Origin: Hydrurus foetidus
Lineage: Eukaryota
Direction: 5' to 3'
Assembly: GCA_900617105.1 (NCBI GenBank)
Contig: UYFQ01000279.1
Location: forward strand, 1-45,618
DNA length: 45,618 bases
Shown here one piece after another: positions 27,101-39,943 of this stretch; within the stretch, counting starts at the first letter, position 1, and each line of letters opens with the position of its first letter. The translations under genes and the position numbers were made by a program. The notes under the pieces were generated by a model, which made no database searches, was not told where the DNA came from, and saw only the letters and a list, made by a program, of their open reading frames with translations.

Positions 27101-28629
27101 GAATACCGGATCCACGATCCACACCCAAGGGTATTTCTTCGGGCCCCAAAATTGAGAGAGGAGAAAAAGTTGACAATGGAATTTTCGATTATAGCGAGTT
27201 TAGTTCGGCAGTAGATGATGATGTTCATCATAGTGACGGAGGTGACTTATCGCGTCATGTAAGTGTGCCTTTGCTACCCTTACCATCCGGACCAATTGTG
27301 GCGGAAGCTGTTAAGATCATAAATGGACGAGAAGCTGTAAACAGTCAAAATGGCAATATTAACAGTATTGGAAATAAGTCTCCTAGATCGCCTAGAAACT
27401 TAAGTATCAATAAAAATATTGACAAAAGTAATAGTAGTGATGAAAATGATGAGAAAAATATGAAAAAATATGACAAAGAAGGGTACGAAAAAGATAAATT
27501 TGTCGTTTTTAAATTGCGAAATTCCAGCAGACAAATAGCAGTTGTAAGCACATCTGAATGTACTGCCAGAAATGCATTAATTCAAAGAATCAAAAGGTCC
27601 AGGGATCGATCCTCAGACCCCTCAAATTCCAACATTCAACATGGCAGTCCTTCCAACGAAGATAACATCAACAGTCCGAATAAAAAGGATTTGAAAAAAT
27701 TAAACACTGAGACTACAAGAAATGTGAATCATCATTTTCAAGAATTTATCGATCCAGAGTGCACTAAAAATATAATAATTCCTGCAGGAATGTTGAACAA
27801 ATTTGGTGAAAAAAAGAAAAAGAGCACTAAAAATGTGGAATCTTCGGTCCAGGATCCAAGTGGATTGTTTTGGGCAATGTACGATCCTTTTCGTTCTTCC
27901 TATGATTCCGCAACAAAAATCACTACATCTTTCACTACCTCTGCTTCATCTCCCCAGCGTACTGACAGCATTGGTAATGTTGAAGTCGATGGGAGTGGTT
28001 TGGAAAATTTTAACGGTAGTATAAGGAGCGGAGAAGTACTTGGACTTTTTTCTCGGAATTTTTCATCCCCCACACAAACCGTTTCACCTTCACGTGATAA
28101 TGCTCTACTATTATCAGACGCTAAACTAGACCCTGGAAGCCCTTTGAAATGCTCGGTATTACTTCATTTAGGTGGTGTTTTAGTATTTGAAAATTCTTAC
28201 ACCGCGAACACGAAAAATAATTTTAAATGTCAGTCATGGGTTGATTACGATTTAATTCTAAAAATTAGATTCGCTGATATGATAAAACAATTACTACCAA
28301 TATCATCAGAAATCAGTACTGATGTATCAGTGACTCGCAAATATGAAATTACTTTTGTTATTCGTCTTGTTGAAGATAATAACGTTGAGAGGAATAATAA
28401 TCAAAAAGAAAATGACGTTCTCATAAACGGAAAAACAAAGTTTATAATATCCAATAATATGAATAATAATGATCAAATAAATAGACAAGCTTTTGTGAGA
28501 AACGAAAAACTGCAAATTACATTTCCTTCTCCTGGCACTTTTTTGCTCCAAGTTTACTACCGTCATCTGGAAAGTGTAACGGACGAAAAATATTTTTCAG
28601 TTTGTACTATTTATCTCCAAGTACAATGA
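18185..28629 (+). CDS. TRAPPC9: TRAPP II subunit TRS120/TRAPPC9, full-length, roughly 13 exons (internal boundaries approximate)
   Basis: N-terminus LKVLVVPIG..FQWDEGSF..QRVLIVLGLINHP and the motif GRLRKFMGDLSLQACSPVDAIGHY..WLAGALEG match the TRS120 pattern. Also EATCALRLAR, GLSRKYGLL, ALFYDPF..VFSNPL, LTITPLTEGVLK, and a C-terminal beta-rich ITFPSPGTF ending at 28629. Confidence 0.88.
23303..23447 (+). repeat. Intronic 30-bp minisatellite x3 followed by (GAATT/GAACT)n
   Basis: CTATTATATTCCATTGTATGAAGTTGAGTA three times from 23303, then pentamer repeats. Confidence 0.9.
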
Positions 28630-28843
28630 AAAATTTTAATATAAATATTTCATAAATAATTTTGTTAATTAAAATAAGTTACAATATAAATAATTAAGAT
28701 ATAAATTTTGTCACTCATTACTTGCAAATGCTCTTTCTGTTTATATGTACATAGCAACAATACTTTGTATGACATTCACCGCTATTCCATTACTTTCAAA
28801 ATGTAAATTCTTATTTGGCTTGAAGTCTTCTAAATCGCGAAAT

Positions 28844-31695
28844 TTAATTTAGCCCCATTTTCCGTTTCTTCATCGCCTGAAATCGGTAAATATGTGATTA
28901 TCAGATACGTCAAATACTCTCATGGGTCAACACGGTAGCTGTGGTTCGACAGACAATACAGTTGTTACATCATGTATTTCTTCGACTGTTTGAAGAGAGT
29001 GCATGAAGAACGTGCGTACATTCACATTTGTACTGTTGAAGAACGCACGTACATTTATCAGTCACCAACATCGTTCACTCATCGTTGCGCATCAGAACAG
29101 ATAATGGGCCTTGGTCTGCAACATCATTCGAAGAGGCGGAAACAGACATATGGGAAGTCTGATGCATGCAGTGACTGACTGACTAACTATCACAGTGGTG
29201 AACCACACACCAAAGCAGAACATCCACACGCATGCGCGCGCTCATATCAACACAACTACCACCATTCTGATATCCGCTCCACTACTCTACATCAAACACG
29301 TGCACAACACTCCGCGTTACTTCGGAACACAACGGCACACAAGTACTCATCCTCATCATCACCATCGCAGCAATCACTACCTGTTGAATTTCTTCGATAG
29401 TTCTTCTGTCCCTTGTATCTCCATCAGGATTCACTTTTGCAATGAAGATACTTTCCGCTTGGAGAGAATTCGTAGAAACTGCTTTTCCGTAGTTTGAATC
29501 CTTCTTTTTCCGTGTAAAATTTCTTACTACTGCTCCTTGTTGATGGACGTCAACACCTAATTATCGGAATTACCAGCAAATAAATTGGTTTCAGATTATC
29601 AATTTTAAGTACTTTACTTGATGCGATGCAATACGACAATACACTCAGATTGTAGAATATTGACAGTGAAATCAATATTTCGTAATGTGTTCAGTGTTAT
29701 TCGATCGAGTCAGTGCAGTTTTACCAATCTGATAGTGTATCAAATCTCAGAACGTAATAGACTACAAGTAACCAACCCGAGAAAGATCAGGAAAATCACT
29801 AGTGAACAAAAGACATGAATGAGCAACAGAATGACAGACTGACTGACTGACTGTACCAACGACAAATTAAATTAAATTACGACCATAAATACAAAACGAA
29901 CAACAATTAAAAAGCCTTGATCACAAAATAGAGTCTAAAAACTTCATCAAATATAGAAAAAACGCGATAAGGGACACAAAAAACAAAAAACAAAACACAT
30001 AAACAGAAAAAAATCATTGAAAATAAAAAATTTGTAATCAATAGTCCAGGATCCGCCTAACCCACCTTCCGGATGGAACCCCACTCTATGCACAATAACG
30101 TGTCGTTCCTCCAAGTCTCCAACAGCTATGGTGGTCAGATCGGGATAGTCGTCAACCACATCGTGCACTACATACATGCCGTCTTTGTCCATAGGTTCGA
30201 GTCTGAGTGGGTGGATTGGTGGGATGAGTGATGGGATGATGAAAGGGAGTGTGTGGAAGTGGAAGAGAAGTAAGGGGCAAAAAGAGGGAGGAAAAAACAC
30301 GGTGCGTAAATTACTGATTTGAAAACATATACTGCTACGATAACATGTGCAGGCAAAGAGCCTTTCAAACCACCTTAACTCCATATACGTAGGATCTGTT
30401 TTGAACTGTTCTAACTGTCCTCTAATTCGACTTGACAATGCTTCGTACCGATCCACAATCTGATGGGGGCGGTAATTGATGACACAGCAAAAAATGCGAA
30501 ATCAGACCAGATTTAGACGATTTTGATTCAGAACCTTGACCTCCTTTCTATACGCACAGTTAGCTCAATTTTAATTCTATTTGACAATTTTCATTCATTT
30601 AGCCAAGTCGATAATTTTATTCCAATCTCTACGATGTAATGAATAACATAGAGCAATAATTGAAGGATTGTATCTAAATTTTTAGGAAACCAACAGAAAC
30701 CAAAAGTGAATGATTTTGCGATACTTTGAATAATCTTGCGTCTTTCACTGTTAACAGGATCCATTTTTGTGCAGAATTGTGCTTATGAAGAAACAGTTAT
30801 TTGTGCACAGTGTTTCTGATGCTATCAACTACAGACCGAAATCTATGTCACGCGACAAATCTTACAGGGAAGCAGAAACATTGTTTTTCAGTACTTGTAT
30901 AAATTTAGGTGCTCTCATCGGAACATATTTCTCAATAAATATTTCTCTCTCTCTGAAACAATCATACAAGTAACATGTCAATGGATGAAGGAGCACATGA
31001 CGCGTGATAAATACCTCGACTCTCGCCAGAACTGTTGTAGGAGCAGCGACACCGACAGCAGCACGGAGTTTGCTAGTACCTTGCATCTAAGTGACGTGTT
31101 GAATTTGCATGTTGATCTACGTGAGGATGCGATTCGACCTGAGAGCTACCACATTTTTTAAAACTCAATGCATATAGCAGACCTTGTCAAGAAGTGACGA
31201 CAAAAAATCGTCTCCCTTCTTCGCCACTGGTGCTTGACTGGCTGGTTTTGATGCAGCCGCTGTAGGTTGTGCACCAGTTGAGCTTGATGAGGATGATGAA
31301 ACTGTGCTTCGTGGCTGAGATAATGATGCTGAACTTAAAAGCCCGACTGCACCGGTGGGTCCTGCGCAAACACATGTAAGAATTGTATCCTCGCGCGTCT
31401 TTGGTGGTAGAATATACAGAGTGCGTTTGCCGTAGCTAATGACACCAGCTTTCTTGCGGTCATGTAAATATTGACAGAAGCCCTTTGGAACGGAGGATAC
31501 TTCCATTCTAATGCTACCGATTGAACCATTCAGGACGCTTTCCTCTTTTGAATAGCTATTGATAACGACGGTTGCCAGCTTTGACGTTTGAACTGTTGTA
31601 ATTGCTACTTCCGACGTTGGGAAGCATTCCTCAAGAGCTGGTTTAAAGGACACCTCCACACCTTTCTCCTTCTCGACTTGCAAAACCGCGTTCAT
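28844..31695 (-). CDS. SPOC-like domain fused to a SPAG7-like R3H protein, multi-exon
   Basis: Exon 1 MNAVLQVEK..FCQYLHDRKKAGVISYGKRTLYILPP (SPOC-like), a Ser/Ala linker, then DDFLSSLLDK. R3H-like IRGQLEQF..LEPMDKDGMYVVHDVVD..GDLEERHVIVHR (~30070-30460). Tail RDRRTIEEIQQ|AMKKRKMGLN* (exon ~29380-29557, last exon ending 28844) resembles SPAG7 KRDTRSIEE. Middle exons are uncertain. Confidence 0.72.
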
Positions 31696-31914
31696 GAGAG
31701 AGCACGTCCAAGCAAGGCTGGCGATGGAAAATTGGCAAATTTCGCAGTATTTCAAATCTGAGATTCCATTAATAACGAGACGTCTCCGATAATGACTGAG
31801 CCAGCTACCACCTTTCTGTCCAGCAATCGATCTGGCTGCTGGGGATCTTGGATCCTCGTTTTCGATTCTACTTCATCAAAATGAAAAAAAAACGACGAGA
31901 GTGGATCGTGGAAC

Positions 31915-34900
31915 ATGAAAAAATCCCGGAACCCAGAACCTCAATCGATCAACATTCTTAAAATGTTATCTCTCCCATTCCCAGCAGAGCAAGAGCAGTT
32001 GACTTCAAAGTTCCAGTAAGTTTGTTGATATATACGCCTCCTAGGAGCGTTGCATCTACCAGCGATTGTGGATCAACTGTCGGCTGTATGGCTAACACCT
32101 CAAGAAAAAAATGTACTTCAAAAGCACAACCTCCCACAGCAGACAAAGCTCCGAAAAATTTGCACTGTTTGCATCTTTAAACTATAATCTGTTGAACAAC
32201 AAACTGGGTCATCTCCTAAAATGGGAATCGAATACCTACCTGAAGCAACCGCTGCTGAATTTGCACCCCTCTATCGTTAGTCAGGCGATGAGGGCGAACA
32301 AAATCATTGTAGACTTCATGGATCATGTCGTCACGCAGGAGGAAAGAGATGGAAATGGAACAGTAAGTGACTTTGACATTTTACAAGTATCAAGTCTGGT
32401 AAAGCTAGGATGTGGACAGCTAGAAGGAATAGCCGTTGAGATCAGAGATGAAATTTATTGTCAACTCGTCAGGCAAACGACAGGAAATAGTAACAGACAT
32501 AGTTGTTGTCGTGGATATATACTAATTTTGAGTTGCTTGGCAGGTTTCTCACCAAGTAGAGGACTTGCCACGTTTTTGCTCTCTCATTTGAATGTTGGTT
32601 GTCGAGGAGGTGCTTTGCTCTCTCGTCGCACCGTCAAATTGGCAGAGGATTGTTTGAGAGCATTGGCGAGGATACAAGTATTCGGTTCGAGAGAATGGGG
32701 AATATCTAAGAACGAGATCGCCACAATAATCTCGGAGAATGGAAGCCTGTCAACAAAAGTGTGGTTGAATAGCGATCGTTCAGTTAATATTACTGTTGAT
32801 TCATGGACAACGATTGAGGAGCTTAAGCTTGCTGTCTGTGAAAAGATGGGTATACGTGAATCGTCTATACTAACACTTTCCTTGGCTGTCTCAAAAGTTG
32901 ATGAGCCTGATCGACGTGACTTAGAAGTCAATCTAGCATCGAAGCGCGGGGTAGTAAACACCTCATATGGTCTGATTCATCATCACTACTCAACGCAAGC
33001 ATCTAGAACAAAGATGAAATTGAGACGACGATCATTGATCCCTTTCATTGATAACTTGAGCAGTTTAGATACGTTCCATGCACTAGCAGTTGCAGCTCTT
33101 GATAGCTACTTGAGGATTGATGCAAGAAGTGCGAGCACTCCATTCAGGACCTCGGTGTTCAACGCCTCTGATGCATGCCTCTTCACTGGCACGGTACAGA
33201 CACGAGCAGAATCAGAGAGAATCACAATAAGACGTTGCCTATCGTCCCTGTTCAGGCGTAGGCGTTCCCACATCACTTATTCGAATCTCATTGAGTGTCG
33301 TGCGGCAGCTCCTGAGATGAAGGTGACCGTGAGACTCGTTGTGTGGTTATTCCCGTACGGTGGGCCTACGGAATCATCCATTTCTGCGAGAAGACAAGAA
33401 GACTCATACGAGTGCCGATTGGGCTATCACGGGGATGTAGGGAGCTTTCGATCGGCATACGGGAACAATGAAGAGTACGGTTTACCTCCAGTGCTCAATA
33501 ATGAGTGCAAACTGACTGACAGAGCGCTGAATATGCGAAACGGAATCTATTGGCCTTCTGACGAATCAACGCGGAACATCCTGTATGGACAGTTGGTGGA
33601 CCACATCTCAAGTGGAAAGCTCCACTGCAGTGATGACACATCAACTCTCAAAATGGCTGCACTGATGTTTGCTGAACAGTACCAGGTGACTATCTGCATA
33701 ACAGTGTGACTATATTTCCCACTATTGAGAGTATGTCATTGGGCGCTTATTGAGCTTTACACATGCACTAGGGAGACACACGACCGCTTCCAAGAGGATT
33801 GCCTTCAATCGCACTCATGCAGGAAACAGTTATGAATGCACTTGATAAGAGCCTCCCTCCCAACCTCACCGACATGACTCCACTATGCAGGGCTAATGTC
33901 AGTGAAATTATCAAGAGTCAGTTGCACGCAATGATTGAGGAAGTGACTGACCTTGAAGTGACATTCGAAGATGGATTCGGATTTGATTTATTTCCCAATA
34001 TTATGGGATTAAATTGTCTTGAGCGCACAGCACGATCTAGAAATCGAGGGAAATTCCGAATTCTGACCCACTATCCAATCGACGATCCAACACTGTCCAT
34101 AGAAGCTGTCGCAAAGAGGGAAAAGACTGTAGATATCAATTGGTCAGATGATGCCGTGTGGAGGGAGTTTCTGTGCTGCACTATAGTGCGACTTTGGCTC
34201 CTTCATATCGACACTCTTACGGCAAGAGACTGTCGAGATGAGTATCTGCTCGCTGCTAAGCAATGCATAGGATATGGGGCAGCGAAATACCATCCATCTG
34301 CTGTGAGGATCAGTGTCCTTGTTCTGCAACACATGACTGAGGTTAGTCAGAAGAGGTCACCCACGAGGGGGAAGTGGAATGCGCATACAGGATATGATGA
34401 CAGCAGCATCGATGACGATGTCCGCAGCAATAGCAAAATGCCCGTATATGTGGCCATGGTAAGTGAGTACACTTGCCACACACATACTGAGCAGACAGGC
34501 TCCCCGATTGAATCTGTCGTAGTTGGCACTTCACTGGAGCTGTCGATAACTTGTGAGGAGGTGACCATCACAGAGTGCACAACTGTGAACAGTGCAGACA
34601 ACTTCAATGCATCATCAGTTGTAGAATATACTTTTAATGACGGCACACATGTCAGCAATTCTCAAAAAGTTCTAATCAAAATTGCAATGGATGATATAAT
34701 ATCGTGGGGTTTCGATGAGGCAACACTCGTTATTAAGTTCAAGCAGCGTGGAGGCGGTCATGAAGCAAGCTACTATAGTGATGATGAGGATGAAGATGAT
34801 AGCATGGAATTGGTACAGGTGTCATTCTATTTATACGATTGAACAAGTGTGTCAAGCTTTCTCACAACTAATATATGAAAATAACATCGTGCCTACGACA

Positions 34901-35704
34901 GGAGAAGGTCTATGAAGGACTCAATACAAATGGGAAACACTATTATTCAAGCATGCTGGGATCCATATCTGAGTCGGCAAACGATGAATCACCAAAATCT
35001 GAGTGCTCTGTGTGTCCAATCCCTCAAGTAAGTGCTGCTTTTCTTCTACTGCCCCTATTTTACTGCTTTTGTTTTACTGCTTTTGTTTCACACTGCGCTG
35101 GAATTCCCCATTCCTCTTCATGGTAGCACAAAGCATTCTCAATCCTGGCAACTTTCGACCTTCATTGCAGATGTATCGTGAAAGGCTGTATGATAATAAT
35201 CATGCGAATCCACAAGAATTACCAGGGGAGTATTCTGATGTGAGAGAAGGTTTGCCAGGAGAGCGCGGGTCTAGTGCTGAATCCCAGTATCTGGCGGGAA
35301 AAGATCTCCTTATTTGGAATCAAAGATGCATGGCCGATCGCCTATCGTCAATAGATGAAGAGGGAGGTAAAGTGGAAGGGGAATCGTCACACAACACAGC
35401 TCAGGCGGTGAAGATAGCGACGGGGAGTGATATCAACGAGGACACATTATGTCAAAATGAAATTAAGGAAATGGACGTGGCAGACTCTAGCTTCCGCACA
35501 GACGCTTCATCAACTGCCACTGTAGCCAATAAGCGCGAATGCGAAGCTACTAAGATTACTTTGAAGAAGACAGCTTCATCATTATCAAGAGCTGAGAAAG
35601 AAAATGAAGAAATCTCGATAGACTTGAAATACAGTGTCGAGGTGGCCGATCTGTTGAGGCTGTACTGTATTTTCCGCATTGATCTATCGGATGATGAAGA
35701 CTGA
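31915..35704 (+). CDS. MyTH4-FERM domain protein, multi-exon, start codon uncertain
   Basis: MyTH4: IRDEIYCQLVRQTTGN..CRGYILILSCLAGFSPS. FERM F1: ITVDSWTTIEELKLAVCEKMGI. F2: ILYGQLVDHISSGKL..KMAALM..EYLLAAKQCIGYGA. F3: MDDIISWGFDEATLVIKF..VADLLRLY. Confidence 0.82.
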
Positions 35705-36638
35705 TGACATCACTTAGAGCTGTTTTTTTCAGTCAGCAAATGTCAGCATTCTAATCCACTTCACGTAATGGTATTCACATCCATTTAGAGGGCTGACGCG
35801 AAATCTTCCTCAATTTGAGATTCGTAGAAATTTTTCCTTAACATGTTTTCATTCGCAGAAAGTGTGGCAAACATCCTTAATGCAAACCAGCATCTTGCTT
35901 GTTGTCATGTGAATTGTGAATCGTGCCTACTTGTTGACAGATTGCCGTACTAAATCACTAATGATGTCATAAGTAGTTACGTTTAGAGCGTGAAAAAATG
36001 CATTCTGTAGTCGGCAAATGTATAAGCTGCAGAGCGGGAGCTTTCGGTAATTTTAATCTTGATGAAGAAGAAATGCAACATAGCGCGCCACATGAAATCA
36101 GGACTCTTGATCACAACGTTTTCAGGGTCCCTCAAAATCGCTGTTAAATCAAAAGATCATCGTCATATCACCAGATAAAGAATATTATGAGACCAAATTA
36201 TATATTCGCTGACTATGCAAGAAATTCTTGTGTGTTGCATCGTCATGATGTTTCTTGCAAAAGTAATAGAGTACCACGCGCATGATGTTGAAGAAGCGTT
36301 ATTCGAGTGGTAAGCAACAGAGAAGGAATCGTCTGAGATCACGCGATCTACATTGGAATTACACTAGCTTGAACTTTTTGCATCCATACTCATCATGGCC
36401 TTGTAATAACAGAAACTGTCATCTACTGCGGCTTTTAACAAAGAGACACTTTTAGTACATTCAAACTCTCTTTTAGTAATTCGTTAATTCGACTCTCACT
36501 TCTTTGCAAATTCGTGTGACTGTCAAGAAGAAGCCTCATCACCCCTTCCTTTGAAAGACTGAGAATTCATTCGCCTTCCCAACAAGACACATCCAATTGA
36601 ATTGCTTCCTCACCTACAGCTTCCCTAAAGTCAATCCA

Positions 36639-37172
36639 ATGTTGTCCAGAAACATCTTGAAGAATGTCCTGAATGGCAAACGTGGTTCAACACTTGTCAG
36701 GGCTTATCACGAGAACATTATTGATCACTATGAAAATCCTAGGAATGTCGGAAGTCTTGACAAAAAGAAAACAACTGTTGGCACGGGACTTGTTGGTGCA
36801 CCAGCTTGTGGCGACGTTATGAAACTGCAATTTGAAGTTGACGACACGGGACGGATCATCGATGCGAAATTCAAAACTTTTGGATGTGGGTCTGCGATAG
36901 CCTCTTCGTCCGTCGCCACCGAGTGGTTGAAAGGAAAGACCATTGAAGAGTGCCTTACCATCAAGGTACAACTGAAATTGTTAATCGCTTCATTAAAGCA
37001 AGCTTACGTTCCTAACATTACTCATATCTTTTCTGAATTACAGAACACTGACATCGCAGCTCACTTGAAACTTCCTCCCGTTAAATTGCACTGTTCCATG
37101 CTGGCTGAAGACGCCATTGTCGCCGCGATTAAGGACTACAAATCGAAGCAAGTAGAGTCTGTAGCAGCCTAG
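36639..37172 (+). CDS. ISCU: Mitochondrial iron-sulfur cluster scaffold ISCU/Isu1; exons 36639-36965 and 37044-37172
   Basis: YHENIIDHYENPRNVGSLD, GAPACGDVMKLQ, FKTFGCGSAIASSS, LPPVK-LHCSMLAEDA. Basic presequence MLSRNILK..LVRAY. 78-nt GT-AG intron. Confidence 0.98.
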   Translation: MLSRNILKNVLNGKRGSTLVRAYHENIIDHYENPRNVGSLDKKKTTVGTGLVGAPACGDVMKLQFEVDDTGRIIDAKFKTFGCGSAIASSSVATEWLKGKTIEECLTIKVQLKLLIASLKQAYVPNITHIFSELQNTDIAAHLKLPPVKLHCSMLAEDAIVAAIKDYKSKQVESVAA

Positions 37173-38416
37173 GTCCAACGATTTCATTACATCCTGTCGC
37201 TCTTTCCTCGATCCTGCGGATTTAGTCTTAATATATGTGCATAGGACCAACGAGAACATGTACATATACATTATTTTTTGGCCTAGTCTTTAGCGGATTC
37301 GTTGCCAATTGGTCAGGCCGCTTACCGTGTATTTGTCGCGTTCTGCACGGAGTCGTCGCGTTCTGCACAGAGTCGTATGTTTCTTTGTCTCTGCTGTCCT
37401 TCATCATCTGCCTTCTTCCGATTGAGCGATCTCACTTCAGCGCTTTTATCATACTGTACATAAATTAAAAGCGCCTTTTCCCAATCAGATAGCATTTGAA
37501 GAATATTTCCTTTCTATGTTCGCCTTCGAAACAGTGCGCGCCATTACGTGTGCTGCGAAAGAAAATGATTGAAGCAACTCTGTTACCTTTGTCTACAACA
37601 CAACCAAGTGGTCATTTAGAGGAACGATCGTTATGACACTTCATATGTTGCATCGGTCTGCTACATTGGAAATAACTCTTGGTGCAGGTGGACGAAACCT
37701 GACCCAGCATCTCTTCCGCAACTTATGAAAATGTCGCACCGTAGAGCCAGCATCCCCTTCACGATTTCCGTTCACCGGGTAGACAATGATGAAGATGAAA
37801 AGTCGAAGCCGTGCTTGCTACTGAATCTTGTTTAATTGAGGATGCACATGAAAGGTAAACTTCAATCAGTCAGAAATACGGGAGACAGGAAAGATGCTTC
37901 AAACTGAAACATGATTCAAAACTTGAGATGCTGTGCATATCTGATTCTTGTTATGGCTAGATTAGAGGCCTATCTTAAAAACCAGTCTTGCCATCGGCGT
38001 TGCATTCATCTTATTCTGTAGGCAATATTTACTGATTTGGGAACTCTCTTTGTTTCCTAATTCCACCTCATTCAGGCTTATGCATGTATGTAGTAAGAAT
38101 TACATGGGCAGCGCGCAGAGCACCAAAGTACGATAGCAACAGCGCTCCTTTCCAAATAGCCTGACTGGTTGATGAGTCGATCTCGCCTCCTCCGCTCTTT
38201 TTTAGGACGAACATGTTTTCTGCAGTTTTTTCTTGGACAATGAGAGAAAACGAATTGGAAAATATTACACTTTCGGTGCCACGACAGAGATTTCAAAGAA
38301 GAGTATAAATTGTAACTCAGAACAACAAATTGTTGGTTTTGGGTTGGTTGTCCTGGATGAACCGGAGGAAGAGAGCTCGGACTGAGAGCTTTCGTGAAGC
38401 GACAAGCGACATCTGG

Positions 38417-39943
38417 TTCTATTTCTTTACACGGCCACGATCTCTGGCGTCACACGGTTAGTCGTACGTCTCACACCGTACGCGCACCGTCACAAAAATG
38501 TACGTATCCTACTTAACGTACGTTACGGAAGCCTCCAAGATCCTTCCGTAACGTACGTACGTCGTTTTTCGTACGTACTATCATCTTCGTACGTGCTCAC
38601 CCACGGTCTCTGTCCGTACGTCGCGGAACGTACTGCTAGGCTTTTCACAAGAGTTGAACGTACGTACTTACATTTGACCACACAACCAAGGGGGTATTAA
38701 AAGGAGAGGGGGCGGATCTCGCACTCAGGCCACCGGAAAAATTCTCACATGCCTCCCACCCAACATCGAACTACCAGTGCTATCTCAGTAATTTATATCA
38801 CCATGCAGCCCCTCAATCACACGCATACTACAGAAGAACTGCAGCAGCTGCCGCAATGAGGTAAGTTTCTCTTGAACGACCATGACCAGCGGCGTGATTT
38901 GGCCATGATACTTTGAATGCGCGCTCAGTCTTTTGCGAGAAATTAGTCTATTGCACAAAGCAATTTTTAAAAATCATCTTGCCGCCATGTGAAATTAAAT
39001 CTGTCATACTTCGACAGATTCATGTCCATTGCTTCACAATATGACTCCCAAAATTTCACAGATTTAATCTGGAAATTGAAATTTTTATGACCATATTCCA
39101 CTTACCGTCAGCATTCTCTGAAGCATCACCTCATCCATTAACTAAATGCCAATTACTGCCTTGACAGGAACATCTCCGCTTCATAACACTGTTATGAGCA
39201 ACAACGCCGTGCCCAATAGGACTCCCGCCGCGTCAAATTGAGGCTGGAACCTCAATTTGTCGAGGTTGCGTTGCTCAAGAAAAGACTTAGTTTAGATAGA
39301 TAGGCATTTTTATTAACGTCATGTTTCACTGTGTAAATTAAAGAACATTTTACTTTAGAAGTTTCTGAAACTAATGCGGATGAAATTTGCCCTCGTAGAG
39401 CACAGCCTCGCATGATAATTGACGATATGCCGGGAACTTTGTCCGTAGATTTTGGACGATAAGACAGGCAATCGCCCCAGTCGCGGAGCTAATTTCTGTG
39501 TTTCCACGACATTAAATTTGCTACTCTTCCTTGAATTACTGGCGCAGTGCAAAAGTTGAAGGAACTATGATGGTCACATTAGTATAAGCAGCATTGACGC
39601 ATGTGGTGAGTCACGACATGGCCTAGCAACTCCAAGATGGGCCGAGGAACCTTCTAGGGTAAAATACGGCAAAGCGAAACGGTTGTTTGGTAGTACAACT
39701 TTTTGAAAATTGGGTGGGAGGCATGTGAGAATTTTTTCCGGTGGCCTGAGTGCGAGATCCGCCCCCTCTCCTTTTAATACCCCCTTGACACAACCGTCTC
39801 GTTAGTTTAGTCAGAATTACCCTAATTGGAGTGCACTCGTGCGCCCGGTGACTCTCCCTATGACTCAGACCACACGTACTTTGCCTTCCTCGGGCAGCCG
39901 TGTGGCCTGGGTACTGGTCTGGGTTAGCGATCACCTTCACCCA
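38417..39943 (-). repeat. Terminal repeat B2, split into 38417-38686 and 39788-39943 by an insertion
   Basis: Matches 40420-40840 from TTCTATTTCTTTACAC to CCTTCACCCA once 38687-39787 and one TSD are removed. Confidence 0.93.
38687..39787. mobile_element. 1101-bp non-autonomous TIR DNA transposon (P- or hAT-like termini) nested in B2
   Basis: TIRs 38687-38763 and 39710-39787 (CAAGGGGGTATTAAAAGG...) are identical apart from one base in an A-run. 7-bp TSD ACACAAC at 38680-38686 and 39788-39794. The empty site is visible in B1. No transposase ORF. Confidence 0.93.

Noticed and set aside
35750..36550. Possible small gene between the MyTH4-FERM gene and ISCU (also 37560-38400)
   Set aside because: Only short open stretches; no recognisable protein or consistent exon chain.
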